Source: Gemmatimonadales bacterium (lineage in GTDB: Bacteria > Gemmatimonadota > Gemmatimonadetes > Gemmatimonadales > GWC2-71-9). Taken from it: 64,000 nucleotides of DNA. The stretch lies in assembly GCA_037189525.1 (NCBI GenBank), contig JBBCJC010000005.1:32001-96000 (forward strand), written 5' to 3'. This document shows positions 19,958 through 29,875 of this stretch, piece after piece. The first letter of the stretch is position 1; each line of letters opens with the position of its first letter. The notes under the pieces are model-generated. The model was not told the DNA's origin. It worked only from the letters and a program-made list of their open reading frames with translations, and made no database searches. The position numbers were made by a program, and so were the translations under genes.

Positions 19958-21339
19958 CAGCGCACCTCCGCCCCGGCATCGAGATGCTGCTCGATGACCC
20001 GTGCCACCGCCAGCATCCGCGCTTCGTCGAACGCGGGGCTGATGAGTTGCAGACCGACCGGAAGGCCGCCGCTGGTGCCCATCGGAATGCTCATGGCGGG
20101 GAGCCCGGCCAAGCTTGCTCCGCAGACGAAGACGTCGGCCAGATACATCTGGACCGGATCGTCGACTTTGGCCCCGGCGGCAAATGCCGGCGTCGGGGTC
20201 GTCGGCGTCAGCAGTCCGTCGATGCCGGTATCGAAGACGTCCTGGAAATCCTGGACGATCCGGCGCCGAGCCGCCTGGGCACGACCGTAGTACGCGTCGT
20301 AGTACCCCGCGCTCAGCACATAGGTGCCGATCAGAATCCTCCGCCGCACCTCGGCGCCGAATCCCTGGCCGCGAGTAGCCCGATACAAAGCCCGCAGGTC
20401 GCCGGCCGGTCCGACCTGGCGATTGCCGTACCGCACCCCATCGTAGCGAGCCAGGTTGGCCGCCGCTTCGGCCGGGGCGACCACGTAGTAGGTCGGCACC
20501 GCGTACGACGTGCTCGGCAGGGAAACATCGACGACCGCCCCTCCCAGGCTGCGCACCAGGCTGACCGCGCGATCGACGCCGGCGCGAATACCCGGATCGA
20601 GATCGGCGGGCAGATATTCGCGCGGCAAGCCGAAGCGAAGACCGCGCAGATCGGAGCGCGGCGTTTCCAGCACGAGCGGCGGCGCCTGGACCGTCGTCGC
20701 GTCGCGCGCGTCGGGACCCGCAATCGCCGTGAGCACACGGGACGCGGCCTCGACATCCCGACCGAACACCGAGACGCAATCGAGCGACGACCCGAATGCC
20801 ACCAATCCGAACCGGCTGACCCGTCCGTAGGTCGGTTTGACCCCGACGATGCCGCAGAACGCGGCCGGCTGGCGAACCGAACCGCCGGTTTCCGAACCAA
20901 GCGCCGCGGGCACCACGCCCGCCGCGACGAGCGCGGCGGAGCCGCCGGAACTGCCACCGGGCACCAGCGCCGGATCGAGCGGATGACGCACCGGGCCGAA
21001 CGCCGAGTACTCGCTGGACGACCCCATGGCAAATTCGTCCATGTTGGTCTTGCAGGCCACCAGGCCGCCCGCGTCACGAAGGCGCTCGACCACCGTCGCC
21101 GCAAACGGCGATCGATACCCCGCCAGCATCGCCGAAGCGCAGGTGGTCGGCAACTCAGCCGTGACGATGTTGTCCTTGATCGCCACCGGCATGCCGGCCA
21201 GCGGGCCCGCAGGCGCCCGGGCGGCAACACGAGCCGCCTCCGCTTCGAGATCGGCGCGGGTGCCGGCCAGCACCGCGTTGAGCCCCTGCGCGGCCTCGAG
21301 CCGATCCGCCGCGGCCTGTGCCAGCGCCAGGAAACTCAT
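19957..21339 (-). CDS. gatA: Asp/Glu-tRNA amidotransferase subunit A
   Basis: IKDNI, KTNMDEFAMGSS, GGSSGGSA, NLARYDG and EVRRRILIGTY motifs. Confidence 0.96.
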   Translation of the reverse strand: MSFLALAQAAADRLEAAQGLNAVLAGTRADLEAEAARVAARAPAGPLAGMPVAIKDNIVTAELPTTCASAMLAGYRSPFAATVVERLRDAGGLVACKTNMDEFAMGSSSEYSAFGPVRHPLDPALVPGGSSGGSAALVAAGVVPAALGSETGGSVRQPAAFCGIVGVKPTYGRVSRFGLVAFGSSLDCVSVFGRDVEAASRVLTAIAGPDARDATTVQAPPLVLETPRSDLRGLRFGLPREYLPADLDPGIRAGVDRAVSLVRSLGGAVVDVSLPSTSYAVPTYYVVAPAEAAANLARYDGVRYGNRQVGPAGDLRALYRATRGQGFGAEVRRRILIGTYVLSAGYYDAYYGRAQAARRRIVQDFQDVFDTGIDGLLTPTTPTPAFAAGAKVDDPVQMYLADVFVCGASLAGLPAMSIPMGTSGGLPVGLQLISPAFDEARMLAVARVIEQHLDAGAEVR

Positions 21340-21629
21340 CCGTCCTCCATCGCCGCAAGACGGGGAACGACGAAGAAACCATCGACCAGCGCCGGCGCAA
21401 ACGACTCGAGTCCGTGGTCGAGCGGGATCGGCGCCACTACGTCCGGCCGAAGAGTCGCCTGCGCGGGGCCAACAGGAAGCGCGGTGCCATCGGCCTCGAC
21501 TGGATCGAGGCGTCCGACATAGTCCACAATCTCCGCAAGCTGTGCACTCAATCGCTCGACCTCCACCTCCGGCAGATCGAGCTCCGCCAGCCGGGCAACC
21601 CGAAGGACGTCCTCTCGGGAAATGCTCAT
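21336..21629 (-). CDS. gatC: Asp/Glu-tRNA amidotransferase subunit C
   Basis: MSISREDVLRVARLAEL...LRPD...FFVVPR, immediately upstream of gatA. Confidence 0.92.
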   Translation of the reverse strand: MSISREDVLRVARLAELDLPEVEVERLSAQLAEIVDYVGRLDPVEADGTALPVGPAQATLRPDVVAPIPLDHGLESFAPALVDGFFVVPRLAAMEDG

Positions 21630-23935
21630 GCGCTCTCCCAGTCGCGCTCGAGACCCGCGTACGCCACGAGCAGTTGCTTGATCCCGAACTCCTCGGCGTC
21701 GAACCGGACCGTCACCTTGAGGTCCTTCCCCGCTCCGGACAGTCCCTGGATGATGCCGCTGCCGAAGCGGCGGTGTCGCACCCGTTCGCCCTTGATGAGG
21801 CGCGGAGCGTCCTGCGACTGCTCTTCTGCTTCGACCCGCGGCGGCGGAGCGGCCGGGCGGGATGACGGCCGCTCGGGCTGCCAGCTGCGCTGCGGCGCGC
21901 GGGCCGAGCCTCCCGATGATCCGTAGCTGCCGGAACGCCCGTACCGGTTTGCCGAGGCCTGCTTCCAGCTGGGGACGAATAGCGACGAGGTTCGCTTCTC
22001 GTCGACGATCCCGGGCGGAATGCTCTCCAGAAAACGCGATGGCATGCTGGGCAGAATCTCGCCCCCGCGCCGGCGCGACCGGGCATGACTCAGATAGAGC
22101 TTGTCCTTGGCCCGCGTCAGCGCGACGTAGAACAGGCGCCGCTCTTCCTCCAGCCCTTCCTGCGACTCGGTCGATCGCGCCAGCGGGAAGAGACCGTCTT
22201 CGAGGCCCGCCACTGCGACCACCGGCCACTCGAGTCCCTTGGCCGTGTGCATCGTCATCAGCGTGACGCCGACCTCATCGCCTTCCTGGGTATCGTGATT
22301 CGAGAGCAGCGCGGCCTCGGCCAGGAATCGCATCAACGGCGTGGTGGTGTCCTCGCCGTCGGTCACCACTTCGGACCAACCGGCTGCTGCCGCCACCAGT
22401 TCTTTGACGTTGTCCCAGCGATCTTTGCCCTCCGGCCCTTCGTCGAGCAGGATCCGCTCATAACCGAGCGCTTCGATCAGCGCTTCCAGCACCTCCGCCG
22501 GCGGACGATCGCCCACGCGATCCCGAAGTCCGTTGACCAGCTCGCCAAAGCGGCGCAGCGCTTCCCGCACGTTGGGACGCAGACCGGGGACCCGGTCACC
22601 GGCAGCCGCCGTCTCGAGCAACGGTTTCTGCCACCCCGCGGCCGTCTCGAGCAAAGTCTGCAGGCTGGTCTCGCCGACACCCCGTTTGGGCACGCCCACG
22701 GCACGGAGAAAAGCCTCGTCATCGGCGGGATTGACGATGAGGCGGAGGTAGGCGAGCAGATCTTTGACCTCGCGCCGATCGTAGAAGCTGACCGACCCGA
22801 CCAGCCGGAACGGCACCCCGGCCCGCCGAAAGGCTTCTTCCACCGCGCGGGACTGGAAGTTGGTCCGGTAGAGCACCGCCATCTGGCTGGTGCCGAAGTC
22901 TCCGGCGGCGCGGCGAGCCGCAAACTCGCGGGCAATCCACTCGGCCTCATCACGCTCGTCGGCGGCACCGAGAACGGTGACCGGCTCACCGCCCTTACGC
23001 TTGGTCCGCAGGGTCTTGCCGATCCGCCCGGTGTTGAGCGCAATCGCCGCGTTGGCGGCGTCGAGCACCGTCTGGGTGCTGCGATAGTTCTCTTCGAGCC
23101 GGATCAGCCGGCTGCCCGGGAAGTCCTGCTGGAAGTCGCGCATGTTGCGGACTTCGGCGCCGCGCCAGGCATAGATCGACTGGTCGTCGTCGCCCACCAC
23201 GAAGACGTTCTGGTGCGCACCGAGCAGCCGGACCAGCTGGTACTGGGCCTTGTTGGTGTCCTGGAACTCGTCCACCAACACGAATGCGAAACGCCGGCGA
23301 TACCACTCGAGCCGGTCCGGATGTTCCCGGAAGAGCGTGAGGGGATGGAGCATCAGGTCATCGAAGTCCATCGCGTTCTGGGCCTTCAGAGCCGTCGTCA
23401 GATCGCGAAAGACCTCGGCTGCCACGCTGGTGAGCGGATCACTGCCCGACGCCGCCAGATCCTCGGGCGACTGCATCCGGTTCTTGGCGCCCGAGATGAG
23501 ACTCTGCACCAGCTTGGGCGGGTACACCTTGGGCGAGTGCCGCCGCTGCTCGAGGATCCGCTTGATCAGCGCCAGGCGGTCATCCTCGTCGTAGATGGTA
23601 AACTCGCGCGAGAACCCGAGGCGCTCCGCTTCCCGCCGCATCAGCCGCGCCGACAACGAATGGAAGGTCCCGATCCACAATCCGGTGGGGTCGCGGGCCA
23701 GCATGGTCCCGATCCGCTCCTTCATTTCCGCGGCGGCGCGGTTGGTAAAGGTCACGGCAAAAATCTGTTGGGGCGCGACCTGATGTTCCTGGATCAGCAG
23801 TGCAATCCGGGTGGTCAGCACTCGCGTCTTTCCCGATCCGGCGCCGGCCAGCACCAGGAGCGGACCGGTCAGATGCTCGGCGGCAGCACGCTGCTCGGGA
23901 TTGAGGGCGAGAAGGAGATCGGAAACAGAGGACAC
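21626..23935 (-). CDS. pcrA: ATP-dependent DNA helicase PcrA/UvrD
   Basis: AGAGSGKT, VDEFQDTN, GDDDQSIY, ENYRS, HTAKGLE and EERRLFYVA motifs, plus a C-terminal Tudor-like domain. Confidence 0.95.
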   Translation of the reverse strand: MSSVSDLLLALNPEQRAAAEHLTGPLLVLAGAGSGKTRVLTTRIALLIQEHQVAPQQIFAVTFTNRAAAEMKERIGTMLARDPTGLWIGTFHSLSARLMRREAERLGFSREFTIYDEDDRLALIKRILEQRRHSPKVYPPKLVQSLISGAKNRMQSPEDLAASGSDPLTSVAAEVFRDLTTALKAQNAMDFDDLMLHPLTLFREHPDRLEWYRRRFAFVLVDEFQDTNKAQYQLVRLLGAHQNVFVVGDDDQSIYAWRGAEVRNMRDFQQDFPGSRLIRLEENYRSTQTVLDAANAAIALNTGRIGKTLRTKRKGGEPVTVLGAADERDEAEWIAREFAARRAAGDFGTSQMAVLYRTNFQSRAVEEAFRRAGVPFRLVGSVSFYDRREVKDLLAYLRLIVNPADDEAFLRAVGVPKRGVGETSLQTLLETAAGWQKPLLETAAAGDRVPGLRPNVREALRRFGELVNGLRDRVGDRPPAEVLEALIEALGYERILLDEGPEGKDRWDNVKELVAAAAGWSEVVTDGEDTTTPLMRFLAEAALLSNHDTQEGDEVGVTLMTMHTAKGLEWPVVAVAGLEDGLFPLARSTESQEGLEEERRLFYVALTRAKDKLYLSHARSRRRGGEILPSMPSRFLESIPPGIVDEKRTSSLFVPSWKQASANRYGRSGSYGSSGGSARAPQRSWQPERPSSRPAAPPPRVEAEEQSQDAPRLIKGERVRHRRFGSGIIQGLSGAGKDLKVTVRFDAEEFGIKQLLVAYAGLERDWESA

Positions 23936-23999
23936 GAGGCAGCGTTCTGCGAAAGTCGAGGGCACGCGCTCGTGATGACGGCGCGAACGGACCGAGACA

Positions 24000-24028
24000 A
24001 CCTAATCGGGCGGCCACCCGCCCCGAAG
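24000..24028 (-). promoter_or_regulatory. Possible internal promoter for pcrA-gatCAB
   Basis: TTCGGG-17 nt-TAGGTT on the minus strand, in the serS-pcrA gap. Confidence 0.35.
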
Positions 24029-24032
24029 TCGC

Positions 24033-25307
24033 CTAGGCGGTCAGACGCTCCACGCCGAGATAGGGCACCAGCGCTTCGGGAACGACGACGGAACCGTCGG
24101 CCTGCTGATAGTGCTCCAGGATACCGATGATGGTACGAGGAAACGCCACACCCGACGAGTTGAGCGTATGGACGAACTCCGGCTTGGCGCCGGGCGCCGG
24201 ACGATACCGGATATTGGCGCGACGGGCCTGGAAGTCGGTGAAGACGCTGGCACTCGAAACCTCGAGCCACGCCTCCGTACCGGGCGCCCAGATTTCGAGA
24301 TCGAGCGTCCGCGCCGAGGCAAAGCCGATGTCGCCGGCGGCCAGCGAGAGCACCCGGTATGGCAACCCGAGGCGCTGCAGCACGGTCTCCGAGTGCTTGG
24401 TGAGCAACTCGTGCTCGGCGGGGCTCGTCTCGGCCGCTACCAGGCGGACCAGCTCGACTTTATCGAACTGATGGAGACGAATCAGACCGCGGGTGTCTTT
24501 GCCGTGCGAAAAGGCCTCCTGGCGGAAGCACGGCGTGTAGGCCGTGTACGCAATCGGCAGCGCCGCCGCATCGAGGATCTCATCCCGATGAATATTGGTG
24601 AGCGGCACTTCGGAGGTCGGAATGAGGAAGAAATCGTCCTCGGTCCGATACATGTCCTCTTCGAACTTGGGCAGCTGGCCGGTACCGGTGGCCGTGGCGC
24701 GATTGACCAGATACGGCGGCTGGACCTCCCGATACCCGTGCTCGCGGGTGTGGAGATCGAGCATGAAGTTGGCCAGCGCCCGAACCAGCCGGGCGCCCAT
24801 GCCGGTAAACAGCGGGAAGCCCGACCCGGTCAGCTTGGCGCCGCGCGGCAAGTCGAAGAGACCCAGCGCCTCGCCCAGTTCCCAGTGGGGCTTAGGCGTA
24901 AAATCGAACTGTCGCGGCTCGCCCCAGGCGCGGAGCACCTGATTGGCGGTGACATCCCCGTCGGGAACGATCGGCAGCGGCAGGTTGGGAATCCCGAGCG
25001 CGGCCTGCTGCAGCGCATCTTCGACCCGGCGCACCTCGCCATCGAGCCGTTTGACCTGTTCACCCGACTCCTTGAGCTGGGCCATCAGATCGTCAGCCGG
25101 TTGCTTGGCACGCTTCCGCCGCGCGACTTCTTCGGTCGCGGCATTCCGCTCGGCCTTGAGACGTTCGACCTGGGCGACCAGACTCCGCCACTCCCGCTCC
25201 AACTCACCAAGGCGATCGAGGGCTTCCGGCAATGTGGGATCGAGGCGCCGGAGGATCGCGATGCGAAAGGCCTCCGGATCCTGGCGGAACGACTTGAGAT
25301 CGATCAC
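24033..25307 (-). CDS. serS: Serine--tRNA ligase
   Basis: N-terminal coiled-coil arm, then TGQLPKF, LIPTSE, TPCFRQEA, RLHQFDKVE and HTLNSSG motifs. GTG start. Confidence 0.96.
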   Translation of the reverse strand: MIDLKSFRQDPEAFRIAILRRLDPTLPEALDRLGELEREWRSLVAQVERLKAERNAATEEVARRKRAKQPADDLMAQLKESGEQVKRLDGEVRRVEDALQQAALGIPNLPLPIVPDGDVTANQVLRAWGEPRQFDFTPKPHWELGEALGLFDLPRGAKLTGSGFPLFTGMGARLVRALANFMLDLHTREHGYREVQPPYLVNRATATGTGQLPKFEEDMYRTEDDFFLIPTSEVPLTNIHRDEILDAAALPIAYTAYTPCFRQEAFSHGKDTRGLIRLHQFDKVELVRLVAAETSPAEHELLTKHSETVLQRLGLPYRVLSLAAGDIGFASARTLDLEIWAPGTEAWLEVSSASVFTDFQARRANIRYRPAPGAKPEFVHTLNSSGVAFPRTIIGILEHYQQADGSVVVPEALVPYLGVERLTA

Positions 25308-25879
25308 TGGCTGGGAATACCGGGCAGGAGTTGGCGGTAGCCGCAATTGATGTTGACCAGCACGCGGAAACGCACCGACCGGGCTTCCTCGTCGAAGGAA
25401 AGCACCTCGAGCTTGGCGTAGTACGGAATGCTCAGGAAGCAGCCGTTCGGCAGGCCGGACCGGGCATACAGCACCTGGCCGACTTCGATCGGGGTCGGGC
25501 GGTCGACCACATAGCCGACCTGCTGGGCTTCCCGGATGGCATCGAACGCCGTGGTCGAGGACTGGAGCCCCGGGTAGCCCAACGTCGACGCCCCCGGCGC
25601 GGCCGGCGCCACGACGCGGTACGGTACGAACTCGGGCCCGGTGGTTGGATCGATCCGGTACAGGAAGTCGAAATTGTAGGCCGTGACATCGATACCCAGC
25701 CGAATCGGCAGCCGGCTCGACAGGACGTAGCCGCTGGGCCGGTTGAGGCCCGTCCCGTTGACGGCATACACTTCGACCGTGTCGACCATATTGGGGATGG
25801 TGGCCGGCAAAATCGCGTACGGGTTGCCGCATGCCGTCAGGGCTGCCACAACCATGGTCATTCCGACTACGAGGCGCAT
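25304..25879 (-). CDS. Hypothetical lipoprotein
   Basis: Lipobox-like LTAC after a hydrophobic stretch. Its stop overlaps the serS start (GTGA). Confidence 0.7.
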   Translation of the reverse strand: MRLVVGMTMVVAALTACGNPYAILPATIPNMVDTVEVYAVNGTGLNRPSGYVLSSRLPIRLGIDVTAYNFDFLYRIDPTTGPEFVPYRVVAPAAPGASTLGYPGLQSSTTAFDAIREAQQVGYVVDRPTPIEVGQVLYARSGLPNGCFLSIPYYAKLEVLSFDEEARSVRFRVLVNINCGYRQLLPGIPSQ

Positions 25880-25887
25880 AGATCCGA

Positions 25888-25960
25888 AGGTTAAAGACGG
25901 CTCAAACACGGGTCAACCCATAGTCGTTCCTTGACTTCGCTCCCGGAGCGGGAGTAGTCT
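25888..25960. promoter_or_regulatory. Divergent sigma70-type promoters
   Basis: Minus strand: TTGACC-17-TAACCT, 8 nt before ATG 25879. Plus strand: TTGACT-18-TAGTCT. Confidence 0.55.
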
Positions 25961-25983
25961 CCGCCCATCCTCACCTGGCTGCC

Positions 25984-26334
25984 ATGACATTTCGCGATTC
26001 CATCGGCCAGTGGCCGTCCTATATCGATGTCCGGGGCGCTGCCGTCATCAGCGAAGACGGGCTGCTCGTCCACGATCTTTTTCCTCCCGGCGCCGATGGT
26101 GAGGCCGTCGCGGCCCTGGCCCTCTCCCTGCTCTATCAGGCCGAGCAGCTCGGGCGCGCCGCCGGCGGGGACGAGGCCGGGACCGTGGTGGCGGAAGTCG
26201 ACGCCGGCCCGGTCGTGGTGACCCGGCTCGACCGGCATCACTCGCTGGTGGTCCTGGCCCAGCCGGGGCGCGATATCGGCGCCCTGCTCTTCGATATTCG
26301 GCGGCACCGCGCCCAACTCGGCGAGGTGGTCTGA
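25984..26334 (+). CDS. Roadblock/LC7 (MglB-like) domain protein
   Basis: VRGAAVISEDGLLV, EAVAALA and G.LLF pattern, 116 aa. Confidence 0.8.
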   Translation: MTFRDSIGQWPSYIDVRGAAVISEDGLLVHDLFPPGADGEAVAALALSLLYQAEQLGRAAGGDEAGTVVAEVDAGPVVVTRLDRHHSLVVLAQPGRDIGALLFDIRRHRAQLGEVV

Positions 26335-26336
26335 CG

Positions 26337-27362
26337 ATGCGGTGGGCCGTTATCCTGGCCGGCGGCACCGGAAGCCGATTCTGGCCCCTCTCGACGCCGA
26401 GCCGTCCCAAGCAACTCCTCCCCCTGGTTGGTGCGCAATCCACCGCCGAGGCCAGCCTGGCGCGACTCGACGGCCTGGTACCGCGTGAACGGGTGCTACT
26501 GGTTACCGGTGCGCACCTGGCAGGACCGCTCCAGGCGGGGCTCGGCCTTCCGGACGAGAACGTTCTGATCGAACCCTGCGCCAGATCGACGGCGCCCGCG
26601 CTGGTCTGGGCCGCGCACGAGGCGGCGCGCCGGGATCCGAACGCGACGCTGCTCTCCGTCCACGCCGACTGGTATGTCCCCGATCCAGTCCCCTTTCGCT
26701 CCGCGGCAGACGCCGCGCTGACCCTGGCCGAACGCGAACCGTTCCTGGTCACCGTCGGGGTAACCCCCAGCCGACCGGAAACGGGATACGGGTACATCAT
26801 TCCCGGCGCCGCCCTGGCCGGCGGCGGCAAACGCGTCTCGGCGTTTACCGAAAAGCCTTCGGCGCCGCGGGCCGCAGAGCTGATCGGACAGGGCGCGCTC
26901 TGGAATTCGGGGTTGTTTGCCTGGCAGTGCGCGGCGCTCCGCCGCGAGGTCGAACAGGTCGCTCCCGAGCTGGCCGCCGGGTATTCCAGACTCGATCGCG
27001 GCGATGTGACGGGGTTCTTCGACGCCGTCCCGTCCGTCGCGATCGACACCGCCGTGCTGGAACGCAGCGGAGCCGTCGCCACGATCGAAGGACAGTTCTC
27101 GTGGGACGACATCGGTACCTGGGAAGCGTTGAGCCGGGTCCGCCCGCACGACGGCCAGGACAACGTGCTGATCGGCGACGTCTCCGCCGTCGACGCGAGC
27201 CGCGTCATTGCCTGGAGTGAGCGAACCCCGATCGTCGTGAGCGGCGTCAGCGACCTCATCATCGTCGAAGCCAACGGCCGGCTCCTGATCCTGGGGCGCG
27301 ACAAGGCGGCCGACCTCAAGACCGTGCTCGACCGGCTCGAGCCTCGCATTCGAGATCTATGA
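26337..27362 (+). CDS. manC: Mannose-1-phosphate guanylyltransferase
   Basis: ILAGGTGSRFWPLS, PKQLL, PETGYGYI, FTEKP, WNSGLF and WDDIGTW motifs. Confidence 0.9.
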   Translation: MRWAVILAGGTGSRFWPLSTPSRPKQLLPLVGAQSTAEASLARLDGLVPRERVLLVTGAHLAGPLQAGLGLPDENVLIEPCARSTAPALVWAAHEAARRDPNATLLSVHADWYVPDPVPFRSAADAALTLAEREPFLVTVGVTPSRPETGYGYIIPGAALAGGGKRVSAFTEKPSAPRAAELIGQGALWNSGLFAWQCAALRREVEQVAPELAAGYSRLDRGDVTGFFDAVPSVAIDTAVLERSGAVATIEGQFSWDDIGTWEALSRVRPHDGQDNVLIGDVSAVDASRVIAWSERTPIVVSGVSDLIIVEANGRLLILGRDKAADLKTVLDRLEPRIRDL

Positions 27363-28525
27363 CTATGCTCAGGCTCTTCGTCGTCGATCCGCCCCATCCC
27401 AACGACCGATGGGCTCCCTTTCTCGGCGTGCGTCCGATCGGGGAGTTGCGGGCCGGAGCCTGGCGGATCTGGGAACGCTGGCAGCGCGCGCTTGCTGCGG
27501 ATCAGGTCTGGTCGGTGGCGCCGACCTGCACCGCGTTTGCCGATGCCGATGCCCTGCCCCTGGCCGACCCCGCCACCATCGTCGGCCCGGCCATCGTGGT
27601 GCGTTCCGACTTCATTCCGATCGGCGACCCGATCGACCTGAGTGATGCACCCCAGACGCTCGGAATCGACGGACTCACGGTCGGCTGGATCCTAGAGCCC
27701 GGCGAGCGCTGGTCGACCAATGCGCGGCCCGGCCGTCGGCTCGAGATCCCGGGCCTTCGCCTGGCCGGTACCCCCGATCTGCTTGGTGCGCTCGAACAGC
27801 TCCTCGCCCGCGATTGCGCCCAGTGCGGCGAGACGCCGCATGACGGCGTGCCCCCGGGCGCTATCGTGCTTGGCGACGCTCAGCACATCATCGTCCGGAA
27901 CGCGGCCGTCGAACCCCATGTCGTTTTCGATGTCCGGAAAGGGCCGATCGTGCTGGAGCCGGGAGTGCAGGTGCGCACCGGTACCCGGCTCGAAGGCCCG
28001 CTCTACGTGGCCGAGCAGTCGTGGCTCCTGGGCGGCGCAATCCGCCATACCGTGGTTGGTCCGCACTGCCGGGTTCACGGTGAGGTGGCCCATACCATTT
28101 TTCTGGGTTACGCCAACAAGGGGCACGACGGATTCGTGGGCCACAGCGTCATCGGCCACTGGGTCAATCTCGGCGCCGGGACCATCACTTCGAATCTCAA
28201 GAATACCTATGGGCCGATCCGACTCGATCTGCCCGGTGGGCGCTACGATACCGGCCGCACCAATCTCGGAAGCCTGATCGGCGACCACGCCAAAACCGCC
28301 ATCGGCAGCCTGCTCTCGACCGGCACCGTGATCGGCGCCGCGGCCAATGTCGTGGCCAACCCGGTGCCCCGCTACGTCCGACCGTTTACCTGGGCCGCGG
28401 CCGGACGACTGACCGTCGACGGCTTTCTGACCATGGCCAACCGGGTGATGCCACGCCGCGGCGTCGAGGTGACCCCGCTGATCGAAGCCTCCTTGCGCGA
28501 ACTCCATACCCGGTTTGGGGAATGA
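27359..28525 (+). CDS. GlmU-like protein: degenerate nucleotidyltransferase plus hexapeptide-repeat domain
   Basis: RPIGELRAG N-domain. NKGHDGFVGHSVIGHWVNLGAGTITSNLKN left-handed beta-helix. Confidence 0.8.
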   Translation: MTMLRLFVVDPPHPNDRWAPFLGVRPIGELRAGAWRIWERWQRALAADQVWSVAPTCTAFADADALPLADPATIVGPAIVVRSDFIPIGDPIDLSDAPQTLGIDGLTVGWILEPGERWSTNARPGRRLEIPGLRLAGTPDLLGALEQLLARDCAQCGETPHDGVPPGAIVLGDAQHIIVRNAAVEPHVVFDVRKGPIVLEPGVQVRTGTRLEGPLYVAEQSWLLGGAIRHTVVGPHCRVHGEVAHTIFLGYANKGHDGFVGHSVIGHWVNLGAGTITSNLKNTYGPIRLDLPGGRYDTGRTNLGSLIGDHAKTAIGSLLSTGTVIGAAANVVANPVPRYVRPFTWAAAGRLTVDGFLTMANRVMPRRGVEVTPLIEASLRELHTRFGE

Positions 28526-29343
28526 TCGCACTCTCGGCGCTCGGATCGGGATCGGGCGGCAACGCCTTCGTACTGGACGGTCCCGACGGCGCGCTGCTGC
28601 TGGACGCCGGATTCACTGCCAAAGAACTGGAGCGGCGCGCCACCCTGGTCGGGATCGACCTGGGGCGCGTCCACGGCGTGGTGCTGACCCATGAACACGG
28701 CGACCACGCCACCGGCGCGGTCCGCATCGCCAAACGCATGGGCGTGCCGCTGGTAGCTACGGAGGGAACCTTGCGGGCGCTCACGCCGCCGGATGCGGTC
28801 GGCCGGGTCGTGCTCCGCGGCAGTTCCGTCACCGAGCTGGGCCCGTTCTCGATCGAGAGCTGCCGGATCATCCATGACGCGGCCGAGCCGACCGCGCTGG
28901 CCGTCGAATACCGGGACGTCCGGGTCGGGGTGGCGTACGACTTCGGTCGAGCCACGCTCGGGCTGCGCCATCTCTTACGCGGCTGTGATGCGCTCGTGGT
29001 CGAATCGAACTACGATGAGATCATGCTCCGGACCAGCGACTATCCCGTCTCCGTCCAACACCGGATTGCGGGATCGGGCGGACACATGTCGAACCGCGCA
29101 GCCGCCGAACTCCTCTCCGACCTCTGCCACGACGGGCTCGGCGTGGTGGTCCTGGCCCACCTGAGCCGGCAGTGTAACGCGCCGGAAGTGGCCCATTCGA
29201 CGGTTGCCGGCTACCTGGGCGTGCGCGGGTTCAGCGGGCGGATCACGGTCGCTACGCAGGAGACGCCGGTTGGTCCGCTGACGATCAGCGCGAGCGGCGC
29301 GCGCCATCGGCTCGCCACCCAATGTGAACTCGAGTTCTCGTAA
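28522..29343 (+). CDS. Metallo-beta-lactamase fold hydrolase (YycJ/PhnP-like)
   Basis: LGSGSGGNA, THEHGDH, HDA, ESNYD, GHMSN and AHLS motifs. Confidence 0.88.
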   Translation: MIALSALGSGSGGNAFVLDGPDGALLLDAGFTAKELERRATLVGIDLGRVHGVVLTHEHGDHATGAVRIAKRMGVPLVATEGTLRALTPPDAVGRVVLRGSSVTELGPFSIESCRIIHDAAEPTALAVEYRDVRVGVAYDFGRATLGLRHLLRGCDALVVESNYDEIMLRTSDYPVSVQHRIAGSGGHMSNRAAAELLSDLCHDGLGVVVLAHLSRQCNAPEVAHSTVAGYLGVRGFSGRITVATQETPVGPLTISASGARHRLATQCELEFS

Positions 29344-29371
29344 ACCAACCATTCCCGACCGGGAGCCAGGC

Positions 29372-29875
29372 ATGAGCATCTCCGCTGCCGTCCTGCCCGA
29401 ATACGATCACGAAATGTCCGTCACCCGGACGGTGCTCTCCCGGGTCCCCGGCGAACGCGCGACCTGGCGGCCCCATGCCAAATCGTACTCGCTCGGCGAT
29501 TTGTCCTCTCACATCGCCAATATTCCGACCTGGATTGCGCCGACGTTGTCCGAGACGGAACTGGATTTGAATCCGCCGGGAGGAACGGGGTGGGTTTCGC
29601 CGACCTTTCAGTCGACCGATGCGCTGCTGGCGACCTTCGATGCGAACATTGCGGCGGGGCGGACGGCGATTGCCGGGACGGGCGATGAGGCGTTCGGGGT
29701 GCCGTGGTCACTCAAGTCGGGCGGCCACGTGATCTTCACGATGCCCCGCGTGGTGGTGCTCCGGTCGTTCGTCCTGAACCACCTGATCCACCACCGGGGC
29801 CAGCTGGCGGTCTATCTCCGCCTGCTCGACGTGCCTGTGCCCCAGATTTACGGACCGACCGCGGACGAACCCTGA
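29372..29875 (+). CDS. DinB/YfiT family protein
   Basis: WRPHAKS, SHIA, NHLIHHRGQL and YGPTAD motifs. Confidence 0.88.
   Translation: MSISAAVLPEYDHEMSVTRTVLSRVPGERATWRPHAKSYSLGDLSSHIANIPTWIAPTLSETELDLNPPGGTGWVSPTFQSTDALLATFDANIAAGRTAIAGTGDEAFGVPWSLKSGGHVIFTMPRVVVLRSFVLNHLIHHRGQLAVYLRLLDVPVPQIYGPTADEP

Noticed and set aside
18539..20779. Long N-terminal extensions in the ORF track (gatB, gatC, serS, fhs, tatD, birA, BNR protein, PLC)
   Set aside because: The extensions overlap upstream genes in other frames. True starts coincide with stop-start overlaps and with family N-termini.
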